In this document: piece after piece, positions 1-10,293 of the stretch
How the letters are laid out: each line of letters opens with the position of its first letter
Numbering within the stretch: position 1 is the first letter of the stretch
Assembly: GCA_035477215.1 (NCBI GenBank)
Contig: DATIKU010000030.1
Span: 22,299-86,298 of the forward strand
Reading direction: 5' to 3'
Source: Spirochaetota bacterium
GTDB lineage: Bacteria > Spirochaetota > UBA4802 > UBA5368
Length of the DNA stretch: 64,000 nucleotides
Position numbers and translations under genes: made by a program
The notes under the pieces: generated by a model
The model's input: only the letters and a program-made list of their open reading frames with translations
Databases searched by the model: none
What the model was told of the DNA's origin: nothing

Positions 1-621
<621 letters not shown>

Positions 622-675
622 TTATTTCCATTTAGCCTTTCGCATAATACAAAGGCCGAACTGGATTTTCATTCT

Positions 676-1464
676 TCAATTCATGGATTCGTTGGTCTGC
701 GATCCATTCTGCAAACCACAGCCTTCGCATCCATCCTTCCCCGCACGGCGCTCCGGACGACTCACCCTCACCTTTGCCGCGCGAACTACTGACTCGCCCA
801 TCTTAAAGCCTTTCCGATAGACCCTGGTGATGGTGTCGCGTTCGACTTCCGCGCTCTCATCTATCTCAACCGCCTCATTGAAGGCGGGATCGAACTCCCT
901 GTTGAGTGATTCAATCTCCTCGATTCCATACTTCTTCAACACTTCCTCAACCTGCTTCGAGATCATCGAGATCCCCTCCAGGAAGGAGGCCCGCGCCTCG
1001 GCGACGGTGCAGTTCTCGCTTACCGCGCCCGCGGCCTCAACGGCGCGAAGGAGATCGTCGTTAATGTTGATGATGTCCCGGGACATATCACGTATGGCGA
1101 GGTTCCTGTACTCGTCCTGCGATTTCACCACGCGCTTCTTGTAATTCTCGAAGTCCGCCTGCCGCCTTGTTAATATGTCCTTCAGCGCAGCTATCTCTTC
1201 GTTTTTCTTCACTATCTCCTCATCTTTCTTTCTGATCACTTCGGCCAGATCTTCCGGGCCAAGGCGGATCATTTCGTCTTCCGCGTTTACTGTCCCGGGA
1301 GGGCCTTCCACTCCCTTGAGATGTCCGTTCATTTCGTCTTCGCCGCCCGAACCGCCCTCCTGCGGCCGCGATGCGTCAGCAGCCTGCTGAGTTTCCCGTC
1401 TCTTCCCGTCGGTTTCTCTGGCGTCGTTTTTTGAGTCCCGTATCATCCTCTCTCCTCCCCGCAA
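676..1464 (-). CDS. grpE: Nucleotide exchange factor GrpE
   Basis: 262-aa ORF with the GrpE-type FENYKKRV motif and a coiled-coil N-terminus. It sits between hrcA and dnaK on the same strand. Confidence 0.85.
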   Translation of the reverse strand: MRGGERMIRDSKNDARETDGKRRETQQAADASRPQEGGSGGEDEMNGHLKGVEGPPGTVNAEDEMIRLGPEDLAEVIRKKDEEIVKKNEEIAALKDILTRRQADFENYKKRVVKSQDEYRNLAIRDMSRDIININDDLLRAVEAAGAVSENCTVAEARASFLEGISMISKQVEEVLKKYGIEEIESLNREFDPAFNEAVEIDESAEVERDTITRVYRKGFKMGESVVRAAKVRVSRPERRAGKDGCEGCGLQNGSQTNESMN

Positions 1465-1495
1465 TGCTCTCCAATCAGCAACAACGAGACTGATT

Positions 1496-2554
1496 TCATT
1501 TCGACATTTTCGTTAAAAATTCAGAAAATATCTTTCCAGTATAATCCACGAGCGGGACCACCTTTTTATAATCCATCCTGGTTGGACCGATAATGCCGAC
1601 GACGCCCACCCGCTTGTTTCCAATTTTATACGATGATGTCACTATACTGCAGCCGGACACCTCGACCTCGGTTATCTCCTCGCCGATAAGCGTTTGCACG
1701 CCATCACGCTCCATGGTCTTCTCGATGATCCCCCGAAGCACCTTCTTTTCCTCGATAAGGCGCAATAGTCCCTTTAGACGGTCGGCCTCTATCATCTCGG
1801 GAATGTGGAGAAGGTTCTGCACCCCGTCTATATAGAGATCGGGGTCGTTACTTTCCGACAGTGCGAGCTCCGCTATATCCAGCGCCATTGCCCTGTTTAT
1901 TTCCGTCCCCTTCACCTCGCGCAGCGACTCGAACATGTCCTTTTTGATCTCGAAGAGCGAATAGCCGCCCAGCTCGCCGGTAAGGAACTTGCTGAACCTG
2001 TACAGTTCGTCTTGTGTGATGTTGGTCGATACCACCACCTTTTTGTTGATTACGATACCGTTTCGCGTTACCAGGATCGCCAGTATCTCGTTGTTGTCCA
2101 GGAGGACGAGCTCGATGTGCTTGAGCACCGTAAAATCAGGTCGCGGCGTAAGGACCACACCTGCATACTGGGACGCCAGCGACATGGTTTTTGTGAGCGA
2201 ACTGAATATTTTATCAAGCTGCATCTCGCGCTTGATCATCTCATCCCGAACGCTCACCTTTTCATTCATCACGAACTCGTAGGTGTCCAGAAGGGAATCG
2301 ACGTAGTAACGATAGCCTTTGTCGGTCGGCACCCGCCCTGCCGACGCATGGGGCTGCATGAGGTATCCCATCATTTCGAGGTCGTACATCACGTTCCTCA
2401 TGGTCGCCGGCGACAGGGTGAAGGAATACTTATGCACGAACGACCTCGAGCCAACCGGTTTACCGGTGGTGATATATTCATAAACAATGGCGCCGAGAAT
2501 CGCCGCCTCTCGTTCGTTCAAAGACTTGTCTATTCTTTCTTCGGTATCCATCAA
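1496..2554 (-). CDS. hrcA: Heat-inducible transcription repressor HrcA
   Basis: 352 aa, N-terminal winged-helix LNEREAAILGAIVYEYITTGKPVGSR. A CIRCE operator lies immediately upstream, and the hrcA-grpE-dnaK order is conserved. Confidence 0.9.
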   Translation of the reverse strand: MMDTEERIDKSLNEREAAILGAIVYEYITTGKPVGSRSFVHKYSFTLSPATMRNVMYDLEMMGYLMQPHASAGRVPTDKGYRYYVDSLLDTYEFVMNEKVSVRDEMIKREMQLDKIFSSLTKTMSLASQYAGVVLTPRPDFTVLKHIELVLLDNNEILAILVTRNGIVINKKVVVSTNITQDELYRFSKFLTGELGGYSLFEIKKDMFESLREVKGTEINRAMALDIAELALSESNDPDLYIDGVQNLLHIPEMIEADRLKGLLRLIEEKKVLRGIIEKTMERDGVQTLIGEEITEVEVSGCSIVTSSYKIGNKRVGVVGIIGPTRMDYKKVVPLVDYTGKIFSEFLTKMSK

Positions 2555-2564
2555 GTTACCGTTA

Positions 2565-2591
2565 TTAGCACTCTATGCGATTGAGTGCTAA
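2565..2591. promoter_or_regulatory. CIRCE operator (HrcA binding site): TTAGCACTC-N9-GAGTGCTAA. Extended arms gttattagcactc/gagtgctaataac span 2561-2595.
   Basis: Perfect 9-9-9 inverted repeat matching the CIRCE consensus, located ~10 nt upstream of the hrcA start on the minus strand. A TTGACT-N17-TTATGT-like promoter lies just upstream on the minus strand. Confidence 0.9.
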
Positions 2592-2662
2592 TAACGTACA
2601 TAAAATAATCCACGACGTCAAGTCAAAAAAAATGAAAATGCGAAAGAGAGGGTGCTGGAGGA

Positions 2663-3484
2663 CTACTTTTTACCGCTTTTTTTCTCTTTTTCTTTTTCTT
2701 TTTCTTTCTCATCGGCCTCAAGCCGCGCCCGCATTGCGTCAATCGCCGTTTTGAGCCTGGAAGCCTCATCGGACTCACCGAAGAGAATGTGTATGCGCCT
2801 GAGGACCGACAGGAATTCGATCGATTTCAACATGTCCCCGGGGACCTTGGTTGACTGTTCATATTTGGTGCGGTACTGCTGGGCCGCGTCGCGCAGGCTC
2901 AGCTTGCACAGCGTCATTAATTGCTGGCGCTCCCGGTAAAACTCGGTGCGGGGATCCCGGTATTTCTGCACTTCCGAAAAATTTATGCCGTTCTTGGTCA
3001 CCGCCGCGACCCGTCCCTGCAGGTCGACGAAGGACCATTTCCACTTGGATGTTTCACCGATCCTGTCTATAAGCGTTGAGAGAACGTAATTGATGCGCTG
3101 AATGATTTTCAGCATCTGCTGCGGATTAATGCGGTCGATCGCCGCAAGGTATTCCTCGTTCTCTTTGAGGGAGCGGTCCACCTGGTCGCCGACCAGTTCC
3201 TCCATCTTCTGTAAAACGGCGAAAAATTCCTTGCGGGCGTTTTTTAACGCCGCCTCGTTCTTGATTTTCAGAATCTCGAACGATGCGTCGTTCATGTTGA
3301 GATCCAACATGATAATCTTCAAAAGCTCGATCACGGTTTCCACCGCGAGGTAGCCTTTGATCCGGGGCATTTCCTTCCTTTTCTTTTCGAGCTCGGTGAT
3401 CCGTTTATACGATGCGTCTTTCTGTGTTTTGAAGTCTTTGGTGTAATCGTTATAAACGGATTTTTCCGCCTTGGTTATGGCCAT
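2663..3484 (-). CDS. Hypothetical coiled-coil protein with C-terminal (EK)n low-complexity tail
   Basis: 273-aa ORF with good coding periodicity and no recognisable catalytic motif. It ends ...EADEKEKEKEKEKKSGKK. Confidence 0.5.
   Translation of the reverse strand: MAITKAEKSVYNDYTKDFKTQKDASYKRITELEKKRKEMPRIKGYLAVETVIELLKIIMLDLNMNDASFEILKIKNEAALKNARKEFFAVLQKMEELVGDQVDRSLKENEEYLAAIDRINPQQMLKIIQRINYVLSTLIDRIGETSKWKWSFVDLQGRVAAVTKNGINFSEVQKYRDPRTEFYRERQQLMTLCKLSLRDAAQQYRTKYEQSTKVPGDMLKSIEFLSVLRRIHILFGESDEASRLKTAIDAMRARLEADEKEKEKEKEKKSGKK
2676..2710. repeat. Short tandem (CTTTTT/TTTCTT)n microsatellite inside the 3' end of the preceding CDS; encodes the EK repeat on the minus strand
   Basis: ctttttttctctttttctttttctttttctttctc is visible directly in the sequence. 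Confidence 0.6.
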
Positions 3485-3737
3485 TCCACTACCCTACGCA
3501 TAAGCATCAATAACGGCGCCTCTGCCCTCAACCCGCGTCTCTGTCCGCTCCTCCCGCCGTTCCTCGACGGGTTCCGAAGCGACGGGCGTTTCGCTGCGCG
3601 CCGAAAAGCCGCGCGGAATTATGTCCGGACCGGTAATAGCCTGAGCCTCCATGACTCCCTCCCGCACATTTCAGTCGGGTTTATAGTACTACACTTCGAC
3701 ATTTTACACAAGTAAAAGTTGCTATTTTTCACCCTCG

Positions 3738-4505
3738 TCAAGACAGCGATCCGCCGTCGACCACGAGCACCTGGCCCGTAATGAATGCCGCTTTGTCCGA
3801 ACACAAAAAGAGCACCGGATGGATCACGTCGTCCACCTCCGCTATTCTGCCCATGGGTATCCCTTTTTCTATCTGCGATCGCAGGGCGTCGTTTGACCAG
3901 AAGGGCCTGCTGAAATCGGTCTTCACCATGCAGGGCGCGACCGCGTTTACCTGAATGTTAAACTGCGCCAGTTCGAACGCCAGCACCCTGGTGAGCATAT
4001 CGATTCCGGCCTTGGCGATGCCGTATATGCCCATTGCGGGCGCGGCCTTTCTTCCGGCGATCGACGATATGCTAATAATGCGCCCGTGCTTCTGTTCGCG
4101 CATAATCATAGCCGCCTTTCTGGAGCACAGGAAGGTACCGGTAAGGTTAGACTCTATTATTTTAGTCCAGGTCGCCGGTTCCGTATCGATAACTGAAGCG
4201 GTAAGCAGGTTCATCCCTACGTTATTTACGAGTACATCCACCCGACCGAAGGTATTGACGGCAGACTCGAAAAGCGTGTTGACGTCCTCTTCCTTCGCTA
4301 TATGCGCGGGCAGTGCGAGTACCCTGTCGCCTCCGTTGATCGCGGCCACGGCCGCGTCCAGGCCCTCCTTCTTGCGTCCGCAGATTACAACCTTCGCCTT
4401 CTGGGCCGCAAGCGCCTTCGCGAGCTCCAGGCCTATCCCGCGGCTGCCGCCGGTAACGACCACGACCTTGTCCTCAAGTCCATACCATACCGTACTCATT
4501 GGCAA
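3738..4505 (-). CDS. Short-chain dehydrogenase/reductase (SDR) family oxidoreductase, FabG-like
   Basis: N-terminal VVVTGGSRGIGLELAKAL Rossmann TGxxxGIG motif. 255 aa, typical SDR length. Confidence 0.8.
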   Translation of the reverse strand: MPMSTVWYGLEDKVVVVTGGSRGIGLELAKALAAQKAKVVICGRKKEGLDAAVAAINGGDRVLALPAHIAKEEDVNTLFESAVNTFGRVDVLVNNVGMNLLTASVIDTEPATWTKIIESNLTGTFLCSRKAAMIMREQKHGRIISISSIAGRKAAPAMGIYGIAKAGIDMLTRVLAFELAQFNIQVNAVAPCMVKTDFSRPFWSNDALRSQIEKGIPMGRIAEVDDVIHPVLFLCSDKAAFITGQVLVVDGGSLS

Positions 4506-4637
4506 TCTCCATAAATATTCAAAGTTTTATCGGGCCGTCGTGCGAGCGGTATAACGATTTGCCGCACACTGCGCGATCGCCTCTGTTATGCTGTTTTTCG
4601 CGGCGGATACGACATTTAAGTTCTTTACGCCCCCGCG

Positions 4638-4976
4638 TTATCGCCCCCTGGGTTCGGGAGCGATACGCGGTATCGTTTTAATTATCTCGCTGCTTTTTTC
4701 ACGCACCAACTCCACGCGTTCCCACAGGTGCTTCAGCGTCTCGCCTCCGTTCCATGGAAGTTTCTCTCCCGTGTACGAAAGATATCCCGCATAAAGGAGC
4801 AGGAGCAGCAGCACGATGGCCGCCAGCTTTATTATGCCCTTTATGATATAGTAGATGATGAACAGCACAATCGCCGCCGCGGCGACCGCCATCACCGTAT
4901 TAATAAACTGCGCAGTCAGCATACGCCGCATCTCCCAACGGGCCTGACGCGGCAAACGGTCGTCAACCGAGCGCAT
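4638..4976 (-). CDS. Small hypothetical membrane protein (two hydrophobic helices)
   Basis: 112-aa ORF with the AVAAAAIVLFIIYYIIKGIIKLAAIVLLLLLLYAGYL hydrophobic segments. No known motif. Confidence 0.4.
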   Translation of the reverse strand: MRSVDDRLPRQARWEMRRMLTAQFINTVMAVAAAAIVLFIIYYIIKGIIKLAAIVLLLLLLYAGYLSYTGEKLPWNGGETLKHLWERVELVREKSSEIIKTIPRIAPEPRGR

Positions 4977-5006
4977 GGTGAGTATTTCAATCCGTTCAAC
5001 ATTATT

Positions 5007-5621
5007 TTACAACCGGATTTTTTCGGCGTCGCCGGTAAGGCAGCCTATTTTCATCATGAAATGCGACATGCCGACGGGGATGCCCGCCAGTTTAGTTTCG
5101 ATAAATTCGGCGATGATATTTCCCGGCCCGCCCGTTTCGTAATACGCGTAGCGCGTCACCGCACCGCCGCGGCTGCGTATCTCTCCGCTCTGGATCGGTT
5201 CTATGCCCGTTTTTCGGAGCACGTCGAGTTTTTTATCCAGGTTTGAAACGAAAAAGCCCACATGATGTAGTCCTTCGCCCCTGGCGGCAAGCTGTTCGGC
5301 ATAAATGCCTCCCGACCCGGCGCGGCTTTCAATGAGCTCCACCTGGACGCTGCCCATATACGCGAGGTAAATTTCCACGTCTATGATGGTCTTTTCCCCG
5401 CGTACTGTCACTTCGAGCGGGCCGATGCTGTTCGCCCTGTACCATTGACGAATGCCGAGCGTTTCGGCATAGCGGCTCATCGCTTTGGCCGCGTCGTGTA
5501 CGACTATACCGAGCTGGTTTACTTTCCCGCGGCAGACCATTCCGCCGCCAACGTTTTTTGCAGTGTCAGTTTCCATTGGCGCTCTCCACGATAAGGTGCT
5601 TCGATCATGCATTGTTTTCAA
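5007..5621 (-). CDS. VOC (glyoxalase/bleomycin-resistance/dioxygenase) superfamily protein. True start probably internal, near MVCRGKVNQLGIVVHD.
   Basis: LGIVVHD...HHVGFFV pattern typical of glyoxalase-fold / methylmalonyl-CoA-epimerase-like proteins. Confidence 0.65.
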   Translation of the reverse strand: MKTMHDRSTLSWRAPMETDTAKNVGGGMVCRGKVNQLGIVVHDAAKAMSRYAETLGIRQWYRANSIGPLEVTVRGEKTIIDVEIYLAYMGSVQVELIESRAGSGGIYAEQLAARGEGLHHVGFFVSNLDKKLDVLRKTGIEPIQSGEIRSRGGAVTRYAYYETGGPGNIIAEFIETKLAGIPVGMSHFMMKIGCLTGDAEKIRL

Positions 5622-5865
5622 CGAATGTCAATCCAATTATATCCCATGTTGCCGCTCGGTTTTTAACCCTGAGCCCGCCTCCCCATCTTTTTAATAAATT
5701 CACACATGATGACAAGACACGCCTGTACCGCGTCGGCGGCGCCGACTGCCGGGGGGATACCCCCCGAACAATCATCGCGTTCGATTGTTATTGTTTGACA
5801 AGAAGAAATCACTATGATCCACTGCATTCGGCCGTTTAACTCATGCCTTCCCTCAATTAGGCGAG

Positions 5866-6678
5866 GTGAACAGAATGGGAGCCTTCGTAAAAAAACATCT
5901 TAGCATTTTTTCCCTGCTCGTCGCGGCATCATTCGTTCTTGCTACGTTAGACACGGCATCGCCCGGCGAAAAGGCCGGCAATGCCAGACTGCCATCCCTG
6001 CTTAAAAAAGGCTACATCGGCGAGCTGACCTGGTGGGAAGGAAAAAACATCGGGGAATATTCCCGCAACTGGAGCACGTCACACCTTAAAGCGACCGGCA
6101 CAGGCCCCGCAAAGCCTGTCCCGACCGCAGATCAGGACCCCGATGATGTTGAAAGGGAATACTATAGGGATTTGGAAAATTGGGAGTGCATGTACAGCGC
6201 CTGGAGCGCCATGGACGGTAATTACAAAACAGCATGGTGCGAGGGGAAGCAGGACGAGGGGATCGGGGAAATCCTGATCGTAAAGGCGGACACGAGAAAG
6301 CCCGTGCAAATATGGAACGGACTGGGCGCGAGCGACAGCCTGTATAAGGCCAACAACCGTGCCCAGAAAATCCGGGTATGGGCCTTACAGGCCGGAAAGG
6401 CACAAAAGGCGATCGGCCAGTACGATATAGGTATTGCTTACGAAGACATAACCGTGGTGGGCTCCCATGAAATCACCTTGAAGGACCTGAACGGCTGGCA
6501 ACCACTCCCCCTTCCGGCCCGCAGAAGGCCGGCCTTCCAGTCCGTTATCGAAAACGGGCAACCTGCTTTAAAATATGAAGGCAGCACGTTTCTTGCCATT
6601 GAGATTCTGTCCGTGTACAAGGGGACAAAGTATAACTATACCTGTATTTCGGAAATAAACGCAGACAAGGGCAAATAG
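5866..6678 (+). CDS. Secreted protein with F5/8 type C (discoidin-like) carbohydrate-binding-type domain
   Basis: N-terminal signal peptide (KKHLSIFSLLVAASFVLA). AWSAMDGNYKTAWCEG...EILIVKAD resembles the discoidin A-DGN-T-W signature. Confidence 0.45.
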   Translation: MNRMGAFVKKHLSIFSLLVAASFVLATLDTASPGEKAGNARLPSLLKKGYIGELTWWEGKNIGEYSRNWSTSHLKATGTGPAKPVPTADQDPDDVEREYYRDLENWECMYSAWSAMDGNYKTAWCEGKQDEGIGEILIVKADTRKPVQIWNGLGASDSLYKANNRAQKIRVWALQAGKAQKAIGQYDIGIAYEDITVVGSHEITLKDLNGWQPLPLPARRRPAFQSVIENGQPALKYEGSTFLAIEILSVYKGTKYNYTCISEINADKGK

Positions 6679-6839
6679 GGCGGATATTCCATCGGCCCGC
6701 CCCATTGCGACAGGAGACACCGGATACCCGGCGGCGTTATCGGGATTTAATATTTGCTCAGGCGAGCGGTTTGCGTTATCATGATTCCAGTGATGACCAT
6801 CAAACAGCGGACCCATCAGTCCGCGGAGGAAGGGTTGTC

Positions 6840-9206
6840 GTGTACGATGACAGTACGGTAGTCGTCGATTATCGTTCCGCACGGTTCCAGCGGATAAAAA
6901 GCGGGCTTCTTGCCGAGCCCATGCATCTGTGCCCCGAGCGGGCATATCTTATCACCGATTATTTTAAAAAGCACGATTCGCCCGCCGAGGCTATGATAGT
7001 CCGCAAGGCGAAAGCGTTCCGGTACCTCATGCGGTCCAAGTCGGCGATCATCTTCCCCGACGAGCTGATAGCGGGAAACATGGGGACCCGCAGAAAATCC
7101 GCCATAATCCAGCCGGAGCTCTCGGGCGTTATTTCGATGATCACAGACCTCGCTCGCATCGAGAAAAGAAGCACCAACCCCATGCGGATATCCCGGCGCG
7201 ACCGTCTTAAACTATTTACCCGTGTGGTTCCGTACTGGAGCTTCCGCAACCTGGTGTTCCGCGCTTTCTACCCGCGTTTTGGCCGTTTCCTGCGCTACGC
7301 GGCCGAACAGCTCAACGCGACGTATTACCTGATAAACGAGGCCGGTGGCATAGGGCATTTCCTTCCGAACTATGAGCGAATTCTAAAGACAGGTATCAGA
7401 GGATATCTCGAGGAACTCGGGAAAGGCGGAACTGACTTTCATCGCGCGGCGATAATCGCGTGCGATGGGATCGTTGCCTTCGCGGGTAAACTCGCGGCGG
7501 AAGCCGGGCGCCTTGCCGAAACCGAATGCGACGCGGAGCGCCGGGCCGAACTGAAGGAGATCGGGCGTATATGCGCGAAGGTCCCGCTCGAGCCCGCCGG
7601 AACATTCCACGAGGCGCTCCAGTCCCTCTGGCTGGCCCACATGGGCGTCTGCCTCGAAAGCATCAACTCGGCGATTTCATTCGGCAGGATGGACCAGTAT
7701 CTCTATCCCTATTACCGCGACGACCTTGAAGCGGGAAGGATCACCCCGGAGCGTGCGCGCGAACTGCTCCTGTGCTTTTCGGCCAAGACGACGGAACACG
7801 TCTTTCTTCTCTCCGAGCGCACCAGCGAATATCACGGTGGATATCTCGTGGTGCAGGCGGCGATTGTCGGCGGGGTTGATAAAAACGGGAATGACGCGGT
7901 CAACGATCTCACATACCTCTTTCTTGACGTGATGGAGGAATCGGGGCTCCGCGACCCTAATTACCAGGCGCGCATCCATCCGAAAGCCCCCGAGCGCTAC
8001 GTCCGACGAACCATGGACGTGGCAAGAAAGGGAAACGGCGTTCCGGCCCTCTTTAACGATGAAGCGTCGATATCGGCGCTGCTGCGCCATGGTTATCCGC
8101 TGAATGAAGCGCGTAATTACGGCGTGGTCGGCTGCGTGGAGCTGGCCCTTCCGGGAAAGAGTTTCTTTTCAACCGATGCCGCGCTTTTCAATCTGCCGGT
8201 TTGCCTCGAGCTCGCGCTCAACCGTGGAAGGCGTCTGCGCGGAGGCGCCCGCGTCGGCGCGAAGACGCCGGCCCCTGAAAGCCTCGCCGGTATCGAAGAC
8301 GTAATCGGCGCGTTCCGGTTACAGGTGTCCCATATGGTTGAACGGTTTATCACCGATATTCAGGTCATCGAACGCGGCAACCGCGATCATCACCCCACCC
8401 CGTTTTCTTCAATGCTGGTTGACGGCTGCATCGAGTCCGGCAGTGACACGACCGCCGGCGGGGCGCTGTATAATTCCAGCGGCATCCAGGGAGTGGGCGT
8501 CGCGGATACCGCGGACTCCCTGGCGGCGCTGGATTACGTCGTATATCGCAAACGCCGCTATGCGCTGACGCAGATTATCCGCGCCATGCGGACAAACTTC
8601 GCTTCGGATCCCGTTATGCGGGCCGAGCTGCTTAACGCGCCCAAATACGGAAACGACCTCGAACTTCCCGACGGGTACGCAGCCATGGTGGTACAGATTT
8701 TTCACACGGCTCTCGCGCAATACCGGAATACCCGCGGCGGCCCGTACGTGCCCGGTTTTTATTCATCGACATCGCACGTGGGGTTCGGACGTCGTACCGG
8801 CGCGCTGCCCGGGGGCCGGCCGGCCGGAGCGCCTTTTGCCGCAAGCCTCGATCCGGCCCATGGGCGGGACCGCCTCGGCCCCACCGCACTGCTCAATTCC
8901 GCATCGAAGGTCGATTCCGACCTCGCGCCAAACGGGTACGCCCTCAATCTGCGCTTCGATCCCAATACCGTCGCCGGGGACAGGGGATTGAGCCTTCTTA
9001 CGGCCCTGATGAAGGGATTCTTCATTTCCGGGGGGATGGAGATGCAATTCAATATACTGGACCCCGAAACACTGGAGGAAGCCCGTCGCAATCCCGGCTC
9101 CCACCCTGGGCTGGTGGTGCGGGTGGCGGGATATTGCGCATATTTTGACGATTTGCCCGACTCGGCGAAGGGCGAGATCATCGCACGAACACGGCTTGTA
9201 TTATAA
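6840..9206 (+). CDS. Glycyl radical enzyme of the glycerol dehydratase / choline TMA-lyase (CutC) / HypD class; substrate unknown. The ORF is open from 6705 but the likely start is GTG at 6840, preceded by GGAGGA.
   Basis: C-terminal glycyl-radical motif VVRVAGYCAYFDDL...IIARTRLVL. Catalytic GCVE loop (YGVVGCVELALPGK) rather than the PFL CC. Also SFGRMDQYLYPYY, SGIQGVGVADTADSL and NAPKYGND. Collinear by eye with B12-independent glycerol dehydratase. Confidence 0.9.
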   Translation: MYDDSTVVVDYRSARFQRIKSGLLAEPMHLCPERAYLITDYFKKHDSPAEAMIVRKAKAFRYLMRSKSAIIFPDELIAGNMGTRRKSAIIQPELSGVISMITDLARIEKRSTNPMRISRRDRLKLFTRVVPYWSFRNLVFRAFYPRFGRFLRYAAEQLNATYYLINEAGGIGHFLPNYERILKTGIRGYLEELGKGGTDFHRAAIIACDGIVAFAGKLAAEAGRLAETECDAERRAELKEIGRICAKVPLEPAGTFHEALQSLWLAHMGVCLESINSAISFGRMDQYLYPYYRDDLEAGRITPERARELLLCFSAKTTEHVFLLSERTSEYHGGYLVVQAAIVGGVDKNGNDAVNDLTYLFLDVMEESGLRDPNYQARIHPKAPERYVRRTMDVARKGNGVPALFNDEASISALLRHGYPLNEARNYGVVGCVELALPGKSFFSTDAALFNLPVCLELALNRGRRLRGGARVGAKTPAPESLAGIEDVIGAFRLQVSHMVERFITDIQVIERGNRDHHPTPFSSMLVDGCIESGSDTTAGGALYNSSGIQGVGVADTADSLAALDYVVYRKRRYALTQIIRAMRTNFASDPVMRAELLNAPKYGNDLELPDGYAAMVVQIFHTALAQYRNTRGGPYVPGFYSSTSHVGFGRRTGALPGGRPAGAPFAASLDPAHGRDRLGPTALLNSASKVDSDLAPNGYALNLRFDPNTVAGDRGLSLLTALMKGFFISGGMEMQFNILDPETLEEARRNPGSHPGLVVRVAGYCAYFDDLPDSAKGEIIARTRLVL

Positions 9207-9435
9207 GATTACAGCGCTTTCATCGCCCCGGCGATGGTAAATGAATTCCTGAGCCTTTTGATGAAAGAATCGACGCTTATCCTGAAAGACGCCGCGTGGC
9301 GGATAGTTCGGGGAAACCCCGCACTAAGTGGTGGCGCTTTTAATTCGGGAGAATTCCCGGCTCCAGACGCGAAGTGCGGCCGTCATCAAGTCGATAAACA
9401 TGCCGAAGCCGATCGCATTTGCCGCGCTGATGAAT

Positions 9436-10227
9436 TCACATCAGCCCCCTGTACGCCCCGCCGTCGATGAGGATGGTCTCGCCGGTGATATACCCCGCCC
9501 TCTCTGACGAAAGGAACGCGACAAGCGCGCCGAATTCCTCCGGGGAGCCGATGCGCCCCGCCGGGATTCCCGCCGTGATCTCGCGCTCGGCCGCGTCATA
9601 CGCCATCCCATCCTTCAAACTTTTATTTTTTATAAGGCTTTCGACCCGGTCGGTCATGATATAGCCGGGCGCGACGGTGTTGCAGGTTATATTGAAAGGG
9701 GCGAGTTCGCCCGCCAGCGTCTTCATAAAGGCCACCACGCCCACGCGCGCCACGTTTGAAAGCGCGAGGTTCGGAACGGGCTGTTTCACCGTGATGGATG
9801 TGGAGGCGATGATACGGCCCCACTCCTGTAGCCTGATGGCCGGAAGGAAGGCATGCACCAGGCCGATCACGCTGAGCAGGTTGAGGCCTATGGCCTTTTC
9901 AAAATCGGCCGGGGCGAAATCCGCTATAGTCCCCGGCGGCGGGCCGCCTGCGTTGGCGAAGAGTATATGCACCGCACCGAAACGCTCCCGCACCTCCGCG
10001 GCGAAAGCAGCGATTCGGGCCCGGTCCTCGACGTCGCAGGGGGCGGAAAAGGTCTCGACCCCGTATTTTTTGCGCAGTTCATCGGCGGTTGCACCGACGG
10101 CTTCGGCGTTTCGGGAGCAGAGCGCGAGCTTCGCGCCTTCGGCCGCCAGCGCCCCGGCCACGGCGCGGCCGAGCCCCCTGCTCGATGCCGTTACGACCGC
10201 CACTTTGCCCTTCAGTCCAAGGTCCAT
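9436..10227 (-). CDS. SDR family oxidoreductase
   Basis: KGKVAVVTASSRGLGRAVAGALAAEGAKLALCSRN Rossmann motif, 263 aa. Confidence 0.8.
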   Translation of the reverse strand: MDLGLKGKVAVVTASSRGLGRAVAGALAAEGAKLALCSRNAEAVGATADELRKKYGVETFSAPCDVEDRARIAAFAAEVRERFGAVHILFANAGGPPPGTIADFAPADFEKAIGLNLLSVIGLVHAFLPAIRLQEWGRIIASTSITVKQPVPNLALSNVARVGVVAFMKTLAGELAPFNITCNTVAPGYIMTDRVESLIKNKSLKDGMAYDAAEREITAGIPAGRIGSPEEFGALVAFLSSERAGYITGETILIDGGAYRGLM

Positions 10228-10293
10228 ACCGATACCTCCAGCAAGATTAAAACGTAAAGGAATGGGACGGCGTTGTCAAGTCCGCGATAATGA

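Noticed and set aside
2676-2710. Possible CRISPR or intergenic microsatellite (CTTTTT)n
   Set aside because: It lies inside a coding region and translates to the (EK)n tail. There are no spacer-repeat units and no cas genes anywhere in the window.
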